Assembly (NCBI GenBank): GCA_964512445.1
Contig: CAZEGS010000001.1
Coordinates: forward strand, 4,673-68,672
DNA: 64,000 bases
DNA from: an uncultured Candidatus Bathyarchaeia archaeon
GTDB taxonomy: Archaea; Thermoproteota; Bathyarchaeia; Bathyarchaeales; DTEX01
Direction of reading: 5' to 3'
A program made the position numbers and the translations under genes. Under the pieces are notes generated by a model. The model saw only the letters and a program-made list of their open reading frames with translations. It searched no databases and was not told the DNA's origin. Positions within the stretch are counted from its first letter, which is position 1; each line of letters opens with the position of its first letter. Positions 25,539 to 35,061 of this stretch are shown piece after piece.

Positions 25539-26780
25539 ATGAACAAACAAAGCGAAATATTGGAGGAGGTCTTCAACAACTTTTTAGGAGAATCCAGAAT
25601 CTTTAAGAATAGAGAAGCTCTCAGACATGATTACATTCCTGATTATCTTCCCCATAGAGAAGAAGAGATTCGAATGCTCGGTCAAATATTAGGCCCCTCA
25701 TTAAGAGGTACACTTTGCTCCAATATCCTTATTTATGGAAAAACTGGGACAGGAAAAACTGCGGTGACAAAATTTGTTCTTAAACGTTTAGCAGAAAAAG
25801 CTGATGAGATTAATTCTCCACTCAGAGTTTCATTTGTAAATTGTAGACTTGTTGGAACAGAGTACAGGGTGCTTTCAGCATTATGCTCCAGTATAGACGT
25901 CAAGGTTCCATTTACTGGACTTGCTTTAGGTGAAGTTTTTGATAGGTTTAAATCAGCTCTAGATTCTCAAAAAATCGTTCTAGTAGTAGCATTAGATGAA
26001 ATAGATGCTCTAATAAAGGATAGAGGAGATATCCTCCTCTATGAACTTACAAGAATTAATGAAAATCTCAGTCAAAGCAAAGTTTCAATTCTAGGAATCT
26101 CTAATGATCTTCGATTCAAAGACATGCTTGATCCAAGAGTTCTTAGTACTTTAAGCGAAGAGGAAATAATATTCAAGCCATACAATGCTGAGGAGCTTCA
26201 AGATATTTTAGAGCAGCGCGCCAAGATCGCATTTAAAGAAGATGTCTCAGCTGATGTTGCCATAAAATTATGTTCAGCAATCGCAGCCGCTGAGCATGGA
26301 GATGCAAGAAGAGCCTTAGATCTTCTCAGAGTAGCTGCGGAGTTGGCTGAAAGGGAAGGTGAAAGAACAATCACGGAGGATCATGTATATCGAGCGCAGA
26401 AAAGGATCGAACATGATCGTGTTGTTGAAACTCTAAAGAGTCTTCCAATGCATTCTAAAATTGTTCTTTTAAGCATCTTTCTACTTTCAAAATCAAAAGC
26501 AAAGGGATTCATGACGGGTGACATCTATAATGTTTACTGTGAGTTATGCAAGGAGATGGGTGTAAACCCGCTCACACAAAGAAGGGTCAGTGGATTAATA
26601 AATGAACTTGATGTAATTGGACTTGTCAATTCAAGAGTTGTGAGTTTAGGCAGATATGGCAGATCAAAAAAGACTACTCTCGGAGTACCCTATAGTGTGA
26701 TAAAAGAGGCTCTTTTCGAGGATGAAAGAATGCGAAATATGGTAACATATATTCCTAGATATCTAAATTCTATACGTTAA
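25539..26780 (+). CDS. cdc6: Orc1/Cdc6 replication initiator (AAA+ plus winged helix)
   Basis: Walker A GKTGTGKT, Walker B VVALDEID, sensor regions and a C-terminal wH (RRVSGLINELDVIGLV). Confidence 0.95.
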   Translation: MNKQSEILEEVFNNFLGESRIFKNREALRHDYIPDYLPHREEEIRMLGQILGPSLRGTLCSNILIYGKTGTGKTAVTKFVLKRLAEKADEINSPLRVSFVNCRLVGTEYRVLSALCSSIDVKVPFTGLALGEVFDRFKSALDSQKIVLVVALDEIDALIKDRGDILLYELTRINENLSQSKVSILGISNDLRFKDMLDPRVLSTLSEEEIIFKPYNAEELQDILEQRAKIAFKEDVSADVAIKLCSAIAAAEHGDARRALDLLRVAAELAEREGERTITEDHVYRAQKRIEHDRVVETLKSLPMHSKIVLLSIFLLSKSKAKGFMTGDIYNVYCELCKEMGVNPLTQRRVSGLINELDVIGLVNSRVVSLGRYGRSKKTTLGVPYSVIKEALFEDERMRNMVTYIPRYLNSIR

Positions 26781-26796
26781 AGCCAAAGATATCCCT

Positions 26797-28329
26797 TTAT
26801 AAGGAAGACACAAAATTTAATGGAAAGATTCTGAAGCTCTGAAGATCTATTATTGGTGCTATTCCCGGGTTAGGCGTATGCCCCATCTCTCTTTGGTATT
26901 CAGTCTGCTCCTGCCATGCTCCTGAATTCACTATTATTGTTCCTCTATAAGAGCTATAGCTCATCATGTGAACGTGTCCAGCATGAAATATGTCCGGTTC
27001 CTCTTCAATAACTAGATGATCCATCGGTTCCGATGCTATAAGAGTCCTTGATCCATAAGTAGGTGCTAAATGTCTGCATTGAAGAAGGAACTTCATTGCT
27101 TCATCTGGCTTATCAAAGCTCATTCCCGGCACGGTTGATATCACATCATCTAAGCTACGACCATGCATAACTAAGATTTTAACTCCATGAAGACTAATCA
27201 TGGACGGATTACCTAAAAGATAGATCTCTCTTTTCTCATAAAGCGGCTCGGCATATTCCTTAGGTATAGCGGGCTGAGGTAAGGCTCTTCTGCATGCGTC
27301 ATGATTGCCAGGTATTAAAACCACATCGATGTATTCTGGAATTTCTTCTATCATTCTAGCCGCAGCATCATATTGCTGATAAATGTCATCTATATCCAAC
27401 TCTTCAATCTGTTTTGGATAGATCCCAACACCATCAACAATATCCCCTGCTATTACAACATATTTCACATGAGATGCTATGTCTCTTAGATATCTATTCC
27501 CTACCTTACCTTTTAACCACTGTACAAAACGTTTGAAGGAATCTTCCATAAACATCTTGCTTCCAACATGCATATCAGAAAGAAGCGCGGCGTAAACTGG
27601 AAGTTTTGCTCCTTTCGGCTTTCTCAACGGCAAATCAGGATATATTATATCCTCGGCGATTAGAAGGTCTCCTCGCCCTTTGATGGCGCAGATACAAATT
27701 ACTTGATCCAACACTAATCTTTGTCCTTTACGATAGAGCTCTAGATTCTGTGATGGTACAAAGACTTTCGCGCTGGTCTCTAAATCTTCAACTTGCAAAA
27801 AGATTCCATTTTGAGATTCACGTTTCTCCATTAGCATACATGTAAATTTCACTCTTGAGTTAAGCGGAGCCTTTAAAGCTTGGGCAATACTTCCTGAGTC
27901 TCCTGAATCAACTCTGCTCCTCAATATCTTTCGAATTCTCCGAAATCGATCCTGAAAGTACCTAATATAATTTTTGAGGGAGCCGGTCGTGCTTATAACG
28001 TCTGTCGGATCATCCAGCACTTCTATTTCCGAATCAATCTCTTTTGCATACGGCTTATAACCGCCTTTCCCCGTTATAACGATAGTTCCCCCATTATCCG
28101 ACGGTACTTGCAGTTCCCTAATCTTTTTCTCTATGAGTCTACGCTTCAAGAATAGCGGTTTTTCTGGAAGACTATTCGCCTCCTCAACGATGCTTCTAAC
28201 AAGAAGATCCAGATCCAATCTTTTCGAGGCTTCTTTCAATGCTTGAAAAGCATCACTATCAATCTGGTATCCCGATTCGATTATGAAGGAAATTGCACGT
28301 TTTAGTTTGGTGATTTGCTCCAAGGCCAC
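26797..28329 (-). CDS. dp1: DNA polymerase II (PolD) small subunit DP1 (Mre11-like phosphodiesterase)
   Basis: 510 aa. OB domain plus calcineurin-like motifs (LSDMHVGS, IAGDIVDG, PGNHD, MHGRS, GHVH). GTG start. Confidence 0.93.
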   Translation of the reverse strand: MALEQITKLKRAISFIIESGYQIDSDAFQALKEASKRLDLDLLVRSIVEEANSLPEKPLFLKRRLIEKKIRELQVPSDNGGTIVITGKGGYKPYAKEIDSEIEVLDDPTDVISTTGSLKNYIRYFQDRFRRIRKILRSRVDSGDSGSIAQALKAPLNSRVKFTCMLMEKRESQNGIFLQVEDLETSAKVFVPSQNLELYRKGQRLVLDQVICICAIKGRGDLLIAEDIIYPDLPLRKPKGAKLPVYAALLSDMHVGSKMFMEDSFKRFVQWLKGKVGNRYLRDIASHVKYVVIAGDIVDGVGIYPKQIEELDIDDIYQQYDAAARMIEEIPEYIDVVLIPGNHDACRRALPQPAIPKEYAEPLYEKREIYLLGNPSMISLHGVKILVMHGRSLDDVISTVPGMSFDKPDEAMKFLLQCRHLAPTYGSRTLIASEPMDHLVIEEEPDIFHAGHVHMMSYSSYRGTIIVNSGAWQEQTEYQREMGHTPNPGIAPIIDLQSFRIFPLNFVSSL

Positions 28330-28516
28330 CTTTCAACTTTTCTTTTTTATTGAATAAATGTTGATGGCTATTTAGTTTAAAATCATTGCTGACCGCTTAA
28401 AGCTTGACGCCTCAAGAAAGTACATACATGTTTAGACTTATCCAATATTCTTTTATTCTATTAGTATTTCTTAATTTTTGTGGAATTGACGCGTCTTTCA
28501 TTGGAGTATAACTGCG

Positions 28517-29539
28517 ATGGGGCTTCGTAAGATTCAGAAAACGAGAGGCGGAACCTTCTTTGTAACTCTACCGAAAGACTGGGCCTTAAAAAATGGAATT
28601 AAGAGAGGATCAGTTGTTTATACCTCAATAACTTCCAATGGACGGCTTATCATTGATCCACGTTACGATCTGAAACCTGAGCCTTTAACCATCACGATTA
28701 AACCAACGCCTTATCTAAGCCGAGAAATCATAGGTAAATATCTTTTAGGCTATGATGTGATCCGGATATCCGCTAAAGATAGGATAACTATGGAGCAGAG
28801 AGAAACAGTAAAAGAAACTGTTAGTAGACTTATAGGGTTAGAAATTATAGAAGAGGATCATTCAAACATTGTTATACAGTGCTTACTGCAACCCGATGCT
28901 CTCTCACCCGAAAAGGTTCTTCGACGTGAATATCTCATATCCTCTGGAATGCTTCGAGACTCAATGAGGGCTATTCTTCAAAAAGATATACAACTCGCAA
29001 AGAGTGTTATTGCACGAGATAATGAAGTAGATCGATTATACTTTCTCGTTGTTCGCATATTAAGAACAATTATTCAAAATCCTCGTTTAAGCGACAAACT
29101 CGAGATTTCTCCAATAGACTGTTTAGATTATCGTCTGACTGCTAGTTTAGTCGAATCAGTTGGGGATCAAGCTTCTCAGATTGCAGGTCATGCCGTGAAG
29201 TTAGTTGAAGCTAATATACCTAAGAAAGTTTTTGTTTCTCTTCAGAGATTGCATGAAAGTGTGAATGAAGCGTATCAAGAAGCTGTAGCCGCTTTCCTTT
29301 CAAGAAGCATCTCAATTGCAGAATCGGTTCGTGACAAAGAAGAAGAGATAGAGAACTTATGTGAAGATGTCGAATCAGCATCTGCTGAGCTACCTGCCGA
29401 AACATATCAAAGAGTTATCTCCGTTGTTTCTTTGATAAGTCGTATCTATGACCACAGCGTAGACATATCTGACTTAACCACCCCTCGAATCGGTAAAAGA
29501 TTAATCCGCGAGTCTAAGGAGCGCTCTGACCTACTTTAG
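28517..29539 (+). CDS. AbrB/SpoVT-domain plus PhoU-domain regulator (archaeal phosphate uptake regulator-like)
   Basis: N-terminal GGTFFVTLPKDWALKNGIKRGS (swapped-hairpin AbrB type), followed by two PhoU-like helical repeats (ARDNEVDRLYF...). Confidence 0.75.
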   Translation: MGLRKIQKTRGGTFFVTLPKDWALKNGIKRGSVVYTSITSNGRLIIDPRYDLKPEPLTITIKPTPYLSREIIGKYLLGYDVIRISAKDRITMEQRETVKETVSRLIGLEIIEEDHSNIVIQCLLQPDALSPEKVLRREYLISSGMLRDSMRAILQKDIQLAKSVIARDNEVDRLYFLVVRILRTIIQNPRLSDKLEISPIDCLDYRLTASLVESVGDQASQIAGHAVKLVEANIPKKVFVSLQRLHESVNEAYQEAVAAFLSRSISIAESVRDKEEEIENLCEDVESASAELPAETYQRVISVVSLISRIYDHSVDISDLTTPRIGKRLIRESKERSDLL

Positions 29540-29541
29540 GA

Positions 29542-29838
29542 TTAAAAGATCTCCCTCTCACCAATCTTTCTGTAGACTTTACCGCGGACTTTAATAATCT
29601 GCATCGACTCGTCTTCAGGTCTTCTCTCCGTTGTCTTCCTTTTAAGAGACTCGCCGCAGATCCCGTTAGGCAAAAGCCTCCTAGTGATACACATCGCATA
29701 GCTACAGTTCCTAGGATCGCAGGGCTCATCTGTCCATCGGCACCAAGCCGTCTTCCCTCGAAATTGTAAGGAATTTCGTCCACATCTAAATTTTCTACAA
29801 TTTGGAGAACATCTTCTCGGACTATGCAATTTCAACAC
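29542..29838 (-). CDS. cysteine-rich small protein (8 Cys), hypothetical metal-binding
   Basis: 98-aa ORF with GTG start. CSPNC-x4-C-x13-C-x6-C-x4-C-x4-C-x10-C. Preferred over the overlapping 89-aa frame because of the ordered Cys pattern. Confidence 0.45.
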   Translation of the reverse strand: MLKLHSPRRCSPNCRKFRCGRNSLQFRGKTAWCRWTDEPCDPRNCSYAMCITRRLLPNGICGESLKRKTTERRPEDESMQIIKVRGKVYRKIGEREIF

Positions 29839-30090
29839 AACCTAAATCTGTAGAACATATTATACGTTCCTACATCCGAAGACATAAATCGCTCATTTAC
29901 TCCTCGTTAGGATATGGGATAATTATAAGTTTTACTCACTTTCTCACTTAAATCTGTTATGGACCCTTAAACTATACAGATTATTTTGTTCTAGCAAAAT
30001 CTCGTAAAGTTTTAATGATTACAAAAACACTTTTTTACATGTTGAATTAGATGAAAAACGATAATTTCTCTCAGACGGAGGACTAATTGA

Positions 30091-30681
30091 ATGAAGTATC
30101 TTATTGATAAAGATAAGGATGCACTAATAATAGTAGATGTCCAAAGAGACTTCTGTAGTGGAGGTTCGCTTCCAGTTCCAGAAGGAGAAAAAATCGTTCC
30201 AATATTGAACAAGTATATAGAAAAATTTTCTAAGGCTGGAGCACTTATAGTTGCAACTAGAGATTGGCATCCTCCAAATCATGTCTCCTTCAAAGGGTAT
30301 GGAGGAATCTGGCCTCCTCACTGCATTCAAGGAACTCCTGGAGCAGAGTTTCATCCAGACCTTAATCTTCCAAAGGAAGCTAAGATTATTTCAAAAGCAA
30401 CGTTAGCTGATAAAGAAGCATACTCCGGATTTGACGGAACAGGGCTAGAGATAGAATTGAAGAACGCTGGTATTCAAAGAGTCTTTATTGGAGGTCTTGC
30501 AACCGATTACTGCGTAAAAAGTACAGTTTTGGATGCTTTGAAAATCGGTTTTGAAACCGTGCTTCTCATAGATGCGATCAAAGGAGTCGACATCAATCCA
30601 GGCGATAGTGAAAGAGCTATAAAGGAGATGATTGAGAGAGGAGCGAAAAAGGCACTTTTAAGCGACTTTGAAAATTACTAG
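30091..30681 (+). CDS. pncA: nicotinamidase / isochorismatase-family hydrolase
   Basis: LIIVDVQRDF, and the catalytic Cys in GLATDYCV. 196 aa. Confidence 0.85.
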   Translation: MKYLIDKDKDALIIVDVQRDFCSGGSLPVPEGEKIVPILNKYIEKFSKAGALIVATRDWHPPNHVSFKGYGGIWPPHCIQGTPGAEFHPDLNLPKEAKIISKATLADKEAYSGFDGTGLEIELKNAGIQRVFIGGLATDYCVKSTVLDALKIGFETVLLIDAIKGVDINPGDSERAIKEMIERGAKKALLSDFENY

Positions 30682-30698
30682 TTTCGTCGTGAAGGGTC

Positions 30699-31730
30699 TT
30701 GGGAGTAAATCTTACACCGATCATCGTGAAGAATAAAATTCGATTAAGAGATTTAAGAGGAAAATCGCTTGCTGTAGACGCTAATAACGTTCTACACCAA
30801 TTCTTAGCTCTGATTAGAACTCGAACCACCTTTCCGTTAACGGGGCCGAACGGTACAGTAACGTCACACCTTGTAGGACTTCTGTACAGAACAATTCATC
30901 TAATCTCGAAGTATCATTTAACCCTAGTTTTTGTCTTTGACGGAAAGCCTCCTCCCTTGAAAAGGAGAGAAATAGAGAAGAGACGGAAACTTAAAGAGAA
31001 AGCACTAATCGAGTGGCAGAGATCTCTGGAGGAGGGGGACTATGCCAAAGCATTCTCCAAAGCTGTGATGACGGGATCATTAACTTCAGAAATGATAGAG
31101 GATGCTAAAAAACTCCTTGAACTATTAGGAATACCTTATGTTCAAGCTCCAGCTGAGGCTGAAGCCCAGGCGGCATATATGGCGAAGAGGGGAGACGTAT
31201 GGGCTTCAAGCAGCCGCGATTATGATTCTCTCCTCTTCGGCACACCTCGCCTTGTAAGATATTTGACAATAGCAGGTAAAGAGTTTCTTCCGAGCAGAGG
31301 AGTCTCCCGTCCCTTAGAGCCTGAGCTTATAATTCTTGAAGAGTTACTCTCAAAAATCGGTATAGCACATGAGCAGCTAATCGATTTAGCCATATTGATA
31401 GGAACCGATTTCAATGAGGGAATAAAGGGTATAGGTCCGAAGACCGCGCTTAGACTAATAAAAAAGTATGGAAAAATAGAGCGTCTCCCATTAAAGTTTA
31501 GAGAAAAAATCGACCCTAATTATGAGGAGATAAGAAAAATTTTTCTTGAGCCTAAAGTTATCAACGATTATTCTATTGAATACAAACCGCTTAAGGAAGA
31601 AGAACTCTACGAATTTCTCTGTGTCAAGAAAGGGTTCTCTCGACCTCGCGTTGAAAGAGCTGTTAAAAGATTAAAGTCAGCTCAAGAGGAGATCCAGCAG
31701 CCTGGTCTAGAAATGTGGATTCAAAAATGA
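30699..31730 (+). CDS. fen: flap endonuclease 1
   Basis: TTG start giving MGVNLTPI.... XPG-N/XPG-I motifs (AVDANNVLHQFL, VFDGKPP, APAEAEAQAAY, GTDFN) and a C-terminal PIP-like tail QQPGLEMWI. Confidence 0.95.
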   Translation: MGVNLTPIIVKNKIRLRDLRGKSLAVDANNVLHQFLALIRTRTTFPLTGPNGTVTSHLVGLLYRTIHLISKYHLTLVFVFDGKPPPLKRREIEKRRKLKEKALIEWQRSLEEGDYAKAFSKAVMTGSLTSEMIEDAKKLLELLGIPYVQAPAEAEAQAAYMAKRGDVWASSSRDYDSLLFGTPRLVRYLTIAGKEFLPSRGVSRPLEPELIILEELLSKIGIAHEQLIDLAILIGTDFNEGIKGIGPKTALRLIKKYGKIERLPLKFREKIDPNYEEIRKIFLEPKVINDYSIEYKPLKEEELYEFLCVKKGFSRPRVERAVKRLKSAQEEIQQPGLEMWIQK

Positions 31731-31808
31731 TATCGCTGGAAAGTTGATAACTAGACTCTCACTAGAATCGATTTATTCTTGAGCGTTTTTAGCGGCTTTT
31801 ATTGGATC

Positions 31809-32075
31809 TTAAACGTTCTCAGTAACTGCCCTAGCCTCGGCATATCTTCGCCCTATTCTTGTGATCCTCACTTTTAGATGATCTCCAGGCTTAGTGTTTG
31901 GGATGAAGGTTACTAGTCCCTTAATTCTGGCAATCCCTTCTCCCCTTCTGCTGAGCTCCTGAATGTCCACTTCATATTCCTCTCCTACCTCAACCGGCTT
32001 CGGCAGGATTTGTCTACTGCGGTTTCGTCCGAACCTTCCTCGTCTTTCTCCTTTTCTACGTTCCAACTTTTCCAC
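31809..32075 (-). CDS. TRAM-domain RNA-binding protein with Arg/Gly-rich N-terminus
   Basis: PVEVGEEYEVDIQELSRRGEGIARIKGLVTFIPNTKPGDHLKVRITRI fits the TRAM beta-barrel pattern. Confidence 0.75.
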   Translation of the reverse strand: MEKLERRKGERRGRFGRNRSRQILPKPVEVGEEYEVDIQELSRRGEGIARIKGLVTFIPNTKPGDHLKVRITRIGRRYAEARAVTENV

Positions 32076-32118
32076 CTCTCACATAGTTTTTTAAACTATG
32101 AGAAAGTCGTTTTCGGGT

Positions 32119-32409
32119 TTAGAGTACAGTCAGCTTGCCGTATCTTCCTACGTTAAGCTGCATCTCGCCGCGGAAGCTTTTGATGTAACCATTTTCGATC
32201 CTTACAGTGTCGTCGGGGCTCACTTGTTCAATCTGTTCGTTCCATAAAACGAGCTTTATAGTTCCAGTTCCATCAGATATCGTAGCTTCAGCAACCTTGA
32301 ATCTCTGTCCAGTATATCTCGATTGTACCTCTCTTGGCTCAGATACTTCGAGAACCTTTGCTTCAACATCTACTCTTCTCATGCCTTGTCTCAAATCGCT
32401 TATCTTCAT
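32119..32409 (-). CDS. single OB-fold nucleic-acid-binding protein (short RPA/SSB-like)
   Basis: 96 aa. VDVEAKVLEVSEPREV...ATISDGTGTIKLVLWNEQ...IENGYIKSFRGEMQLNVG is a typical OB-fold anticodon/ssDNA-binding pattern. Confidence 0.6.
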   Translation of the reverse strand: MKISDLRQGMRRVDVEAKVLEVSEPREVQSRYTGQRFKVAEATISDGTGTIKLVLWNEQIEQVSPDDTVRIENGYIKSFRGEMQLNVGRYGKLTVL

Positions 32410-32809
32410 TTTTTCTCCTCCTTTTCATCCATTTAATCCGCGACAGCTATGCTGATTTTCCTTGGAAAATCGATCAGTATCGATCATGAGTACTCTTGAA
32501 GAGATATCTCCCCTAAAAATCAGATTAGGGTGTTTCTTCAGGTGTTTGGCAGATCTTAACTGCTTGGTGGCCATCTAATTTCTTCGTCCTACGTCGCGGA
32601 AGCGAACATCACAGAAGAACCAACTAATCAGTATTTCTCTGATTTGATGGTTCTTTTCTGGATGTTAGTGTTTCATCATGGAAGCGAAGTTAGATATAAA
32701 GTTTATTATCGATGAGTCCGCTGAATAAATCTTAATTTTCAAGAGGATTACCAGGCATGATTAATGTTAAAATTGCGTTTTGACTGAAATTATGAAAGTG
32801 GTGAGTATT

Positions 32810-33577
32810 ATGCTCCGACTTGGACTTGTAACTTATAATCTGGCGAGGAACTGGGATGTATCTACGATAATTAAGATGTGTTCGGAGACTGGATTCGAGG
32901 CTGTTGAGCTACGCACGACGCATGCTCACGGAGTTGAACCCTCTCTAGATGAGGAGCAAAGAAGAAAAGTAAAGGGAATGTTTGAGAGATCTTCTGTTCG
33001 CCTGTTAAGTCTCGGAACGACCTGTGAATATCATGCTGTAGAGAAGGAGGAAGTATCCCGAAATATAGAGTTGACTAAGGAATTCATTAAATTAGCCTAT
33101 GATGTAGGTGCGTTAGGTGTAAAGGTTAGACCTAATGGTCTTCAAGTTGAAAGAGGAGTTCCTGTAGAACAAACGTTGAAGCAGATAGGTTGTTCTCTCC
33201 GTGAATGTGGAGATTATGCTGAAGAGTATGGGATAGAAGTGTGGTTGGAAGTTCATGGTAAAGGAACAAGCAATCTTCAATATATAAAGAGAATAATGGA
33301 GATCGCTGATCATCCTAATGTAGGTGTCTGCTGGAACTCGAATCAAACAGATGTAATCAACGGTTCAGTGAGAGAGACTTTCAGCTTAGTGAAGAAATGG
33401 ATTCGATCAGTTCATATCCGTGAGCTCTATGACGAGACGTATCCCTGGCGTGAATTGTTTAATCTGCTTAAAGCCTCAGGATATGATCGTTACTGCCTTG
33501 CTGAGATCCCGGAAAGTAAAGAGCCTAAAAGACTTATGAGATATTATCATGCGCTTTTCCATGAATTAGCAAGATGA
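32810..33577 (+). CDS. sugar phosphate isomerase/epimerase (xylose isomerase-like TIM barrel)
   Basis: GFEAVELR..., GIEVWLEVHG and similar motifs. The ATG at 32810 follows GGTGAG. Confidence 0.75.
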   Translation: MLRLGLVTYNLARNWDVSTIIKMCSETGFEAVELRTTHAHGVEPSLDEEQRRKVKGMFERSSVRLLSLGTTCEYHAVEKEEVSRNIELTKEFIKLAYDVGALGVKVRPNGLQVERGVPVEQTLKQIGCSLRECGDYAEEYGIEVWLEVHGKGTSNLQYIKRIMEIADHPNVGVCWNSNQTDVINGSVRETFSLVKKWIRSVHIRELYDETYPWRELFNLLKASGYDRYCLAEIPESKEPKRLMRYYHALFHELAR

Positions 33578-33636
33578 GATTTATGTTCTATGAGGGTTTT
33601 TAAGGAATAACGTATCTAAAACATTTTGTCATAGGA

Positions 33637-35061
33637 GTGTTGGGTGTCTTGGAGAAAGTAGGAGTACTGGTAGTCTCCTATGGTTCTAGGGGAGCAGCAA
33701 TTCTCGATTCGCTTCTCAGAAGTACAGAGTACAAGGTAAATGCATACGTTGTAGATAGACAAAGAAATCCATTCAATGTTAAGTTCTCACAGGAACACGT
33801 TGTTGTTCCATCTCTCGATCCAGCTGAGATATGCAAATTTGCAGCGAGACATCAGAACGAGATAGATTTTGCCATAGTAGGTCCAGAAAAACCGATAATA
33901 GCTGGATTGAGAGACGTATTAGAAAAGGAGACAGGAATCCCTGCAATCTGCCCAACAGAGAAATACGCGATTGAGAAAAGTAAGGTAGCTCAAAGAATAC
34001 TATTTCAAGAGGTAGTTCCAGAAGTCAATCCGAGATTCAAGGTTTTTGATCCGAAAAATTATGGGAGCTTAAGCGACGTGAAGAAGGATCTCTTCAAATG
34101 GCTTGATTATCTGGAGAATAAAGTAGCCGTTAAGCCTGACGCTCCAGCTGCTGGTAAAGGTGTTGGGGTTTGGGGAGATCACTTCAGTACGCGTGAAGAA
34201 TTGTATGAGCACTTCATAGCCAACTTCAGAGAAGGCCCAGTTATTGTAGAAGAAAAATTGGAAGGAGAGGAATCCAGCTTTCAAGCCTTCTGTGACGGGA
34301 AACATTTGGTTCCGCTTCCGGAGACGCGTGATTACAAAAGGGCATTTGATGGTGACAAAGGACCAAACACGGGAGGCATGGGATCATATAAGGATGCTGG
34401 ATTCCATCTGCCTTTTATGGATGAGAATGAATGGGAGAAAGAGAAATCCATCGTTGAGAAAATATTCAAGAAGCTAAGGGGAAACGGTTCGAATCCTGAA
34501 TTACGCGGCATTCCATTCTACGTAGCATTCATCCATACCGCAAGAGGCCTGATGATCCTTGAAAATAACAGCAGACCCGGAGATCCCGAGATAATCAATA
34601 TTCTTCCAATCTTGAAAGATGATTTTGTTGATGTATGCTTCCGAATGATTGAGGGATCATTAACGCGGGTTGAGGTGGAGAAGAAAGCAACAGTCGTCAC
34701 CTATAAGGTTCCTCCCAGCTATGGAGAGTATGAGAAGTTCTTCCCTGAAAAAGTCAAACGAGAAGAGATCGGCACACCTATTAATCTTGAGAAAGCTGAA
34801 AGTCTCAAGTCAAAATATGGAGATAGAATAAGGATATATCCTGGATCCATGGAGCTTAGGGAAGATGGAAAAGTATACGCGCTTAGATCCAGAACTGTCT
34901 GCGCCGTTGGAATCGGTGAGGATATCCAAGACGCTCGAGAGATTTCTCTTGAGGCATTAGAAGCAATAGAGGGAGGAGCATTATGGTATAGAGGAGATAT
35001 AGCGTCAAAGGAGCATATATCCAGAAGCATAAGGCACATGAAGCAGTTGAGGAGAAGCTGA
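33637..35061 (+). CDS. purD: phosphoribosylamine--glycine ligase
   Basis: ATP-grasp core VAVKPDAPAAGKGV, EEKLEGEESSFQAFCDG, GPNTGGMGSY and ENNSRPGDPE align with bacterial PurD motifs. Confidence 0.85.
   Translation: MLGVLEKVGVLVVSYGSRGAAILDSLLRSTEYKVNAYVVDRQRNPFNVKFSQEHVVVPSLDPAEICKFAARHQNEIDFAIVGPEKPIIAGLRDVLEKETGIPAICPTEKYAIEKSKVAQRILFQEVVPEVNPRFKVFDPKNYGSLSDVKKDLFKWLDYLENKVAVKPDAPAAGKGVGVWGDHFSTREELYEHFIANFREGPVIVEEKLEGEESSFQAFCDGKHLVPLPETRDYKRAFDGDKGPNTGGMGSYKDAGFHLPFMDENEWEKEKSIVEKIFKKLRGNGSNPELRGIPFYVAFIHTARGLMILENNSRPGDPEIINILPILKDDFVDVCFRMIEGSLTRVEVEKKATVVTYKVPPSYGEYEKFFPEKVKREEIGTPINLEKAESLKSKYGDRIRIYPGSMELREDGKVYALRSRTVCAVGIGEDIQDAREISLEALEAIEGGALWYRGDIASKEHISRSIRHMKQLRRS

Noticed and set aside
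32606-32614. Extra copy of ACATCACAG, the core of the origin-proximal palindromes, in the intergenic region upstream of the sugar isomerase gene.
   Set aside because: A single 9-mer match in 128 kb of two-strand sequence is about what chance predicts, and there is no partner half-site.
32628-32679. Candidate C/D box sRNA on the minus strand: ATGATGA - 12 nt - CAGA ... CTGA, 52 nt in an otherwise empty 370-bp intergenic region.
   Set aside because: The C' box is essentially absent (CAUCAA), D' is degenerate, and there is no terminal stem. One C box plus one D box at this spacing is expected by chance in AT-rich DNA. It needs snoscan or Infernal before being called.
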